From NCBI GenBank assembly GCA_964585655.1, contig CAZPER010000012.1, positions 1,019-65,018 on the forward strand: a stretch of DNA of 64,000 bases, read 5' to 3'. Positions 61,148 to 64,000 of this stretch are shown piece by piece (position 1 is the first letter of the stretch; each line of letters begins with the position of its first letter). The notes beneath the pieces were generated by a model that saw only the letters and a program-made list of their open reading frames with translations, was not told the DNA's origin and did no database searches. The stretch comes from an uncultured Gemmatimonadaceae bacterium (GTDB lineage Bacteria > Gemmatimonadota > Gemmatimonadetes > Gemmatimonadales > GWC2-71-9). Position numbers and translations under genes: made by a program.

Positions 61148-61252
61148 GGGGAGGGCGGTAGGGCGATTCGGCGATTGGGCGATTGAGCGATTAGCTCATA
61201 CCATCTTGCCCGTCGGCCCGTCCGCCCGTCGGCCCGCCTACCGCCCCTCCCC
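61148..61252. repeat. composite element: GGCGGTAG-type outer inverted repeat enclosing GCGATTNG x4 and CCCGTCGG-type x4 8-nt arrays
   Basis: 61148-61165 pairs with 61235-61252 with a 1-nt bulge. Internal arrays at 61163-61194 and 61209-61240. Confidence 0.75.
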
Positions 61253-61295
61253 GCCCACCCGTAACTTCACCCGTCCCTTACCCCGGTACCCGCCC

Positions 61296-64000
<2,705 letters not shown>

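Overview
High-GC bacterial chromosome segment. GC was not computed. The gene content (CBM9/DUF5916, DUF2911-TPR, BtrH-like, several Ser/Thr kinases, many lipoproteins) resembles a soil Gemmatimonadota- or Acidobacteriota-like genome, but I cannot assign a taxon from sequence alone.

I support about 54 protein genes and one tRNA-Phe(GAA). They include:
- Housekeeping: ddl, cystathionine beta-synthase, mutS, holA, upp.
- Two RND efflux operons, one TetR-linked and one ArsR-linked.
- An ECF sigma / anti-sigma pair.
- A CheB-CheR-PAS fusion followed by a PAS-only protein.
- A heptaheme cytochrome c next to a His-rich membrane protein.
- Two Ser/Thr kinases.

I found no CRISPR array, rRNA, transposase, integrase, phage genes or recognised defence genes.

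Two things stand out:
1. A tightly coupled three-gene operon (49048-54287, minus strand). Each enzyme is fused to a CAP/Crp-type cyclic-nucleotide-binding domain: an acylating aldehyde dehydrogenase, a patatin lipase and an NDH-2. No cyclase lies in cis.
2. About 20 short-period (7-9 nt) tandem-repeat or palindromic elements in at least five sequence families. They occupy most of the longer intergenic spacers. Some supply gene stop codons, some are translated, and several carry canonical G-quadruplex motifs.

Many long ORFs in the six-frame track are GC-driven antisense shadows and are not called. Several CDS starts were moved inward from the ORF-track start. These starts are inferences.
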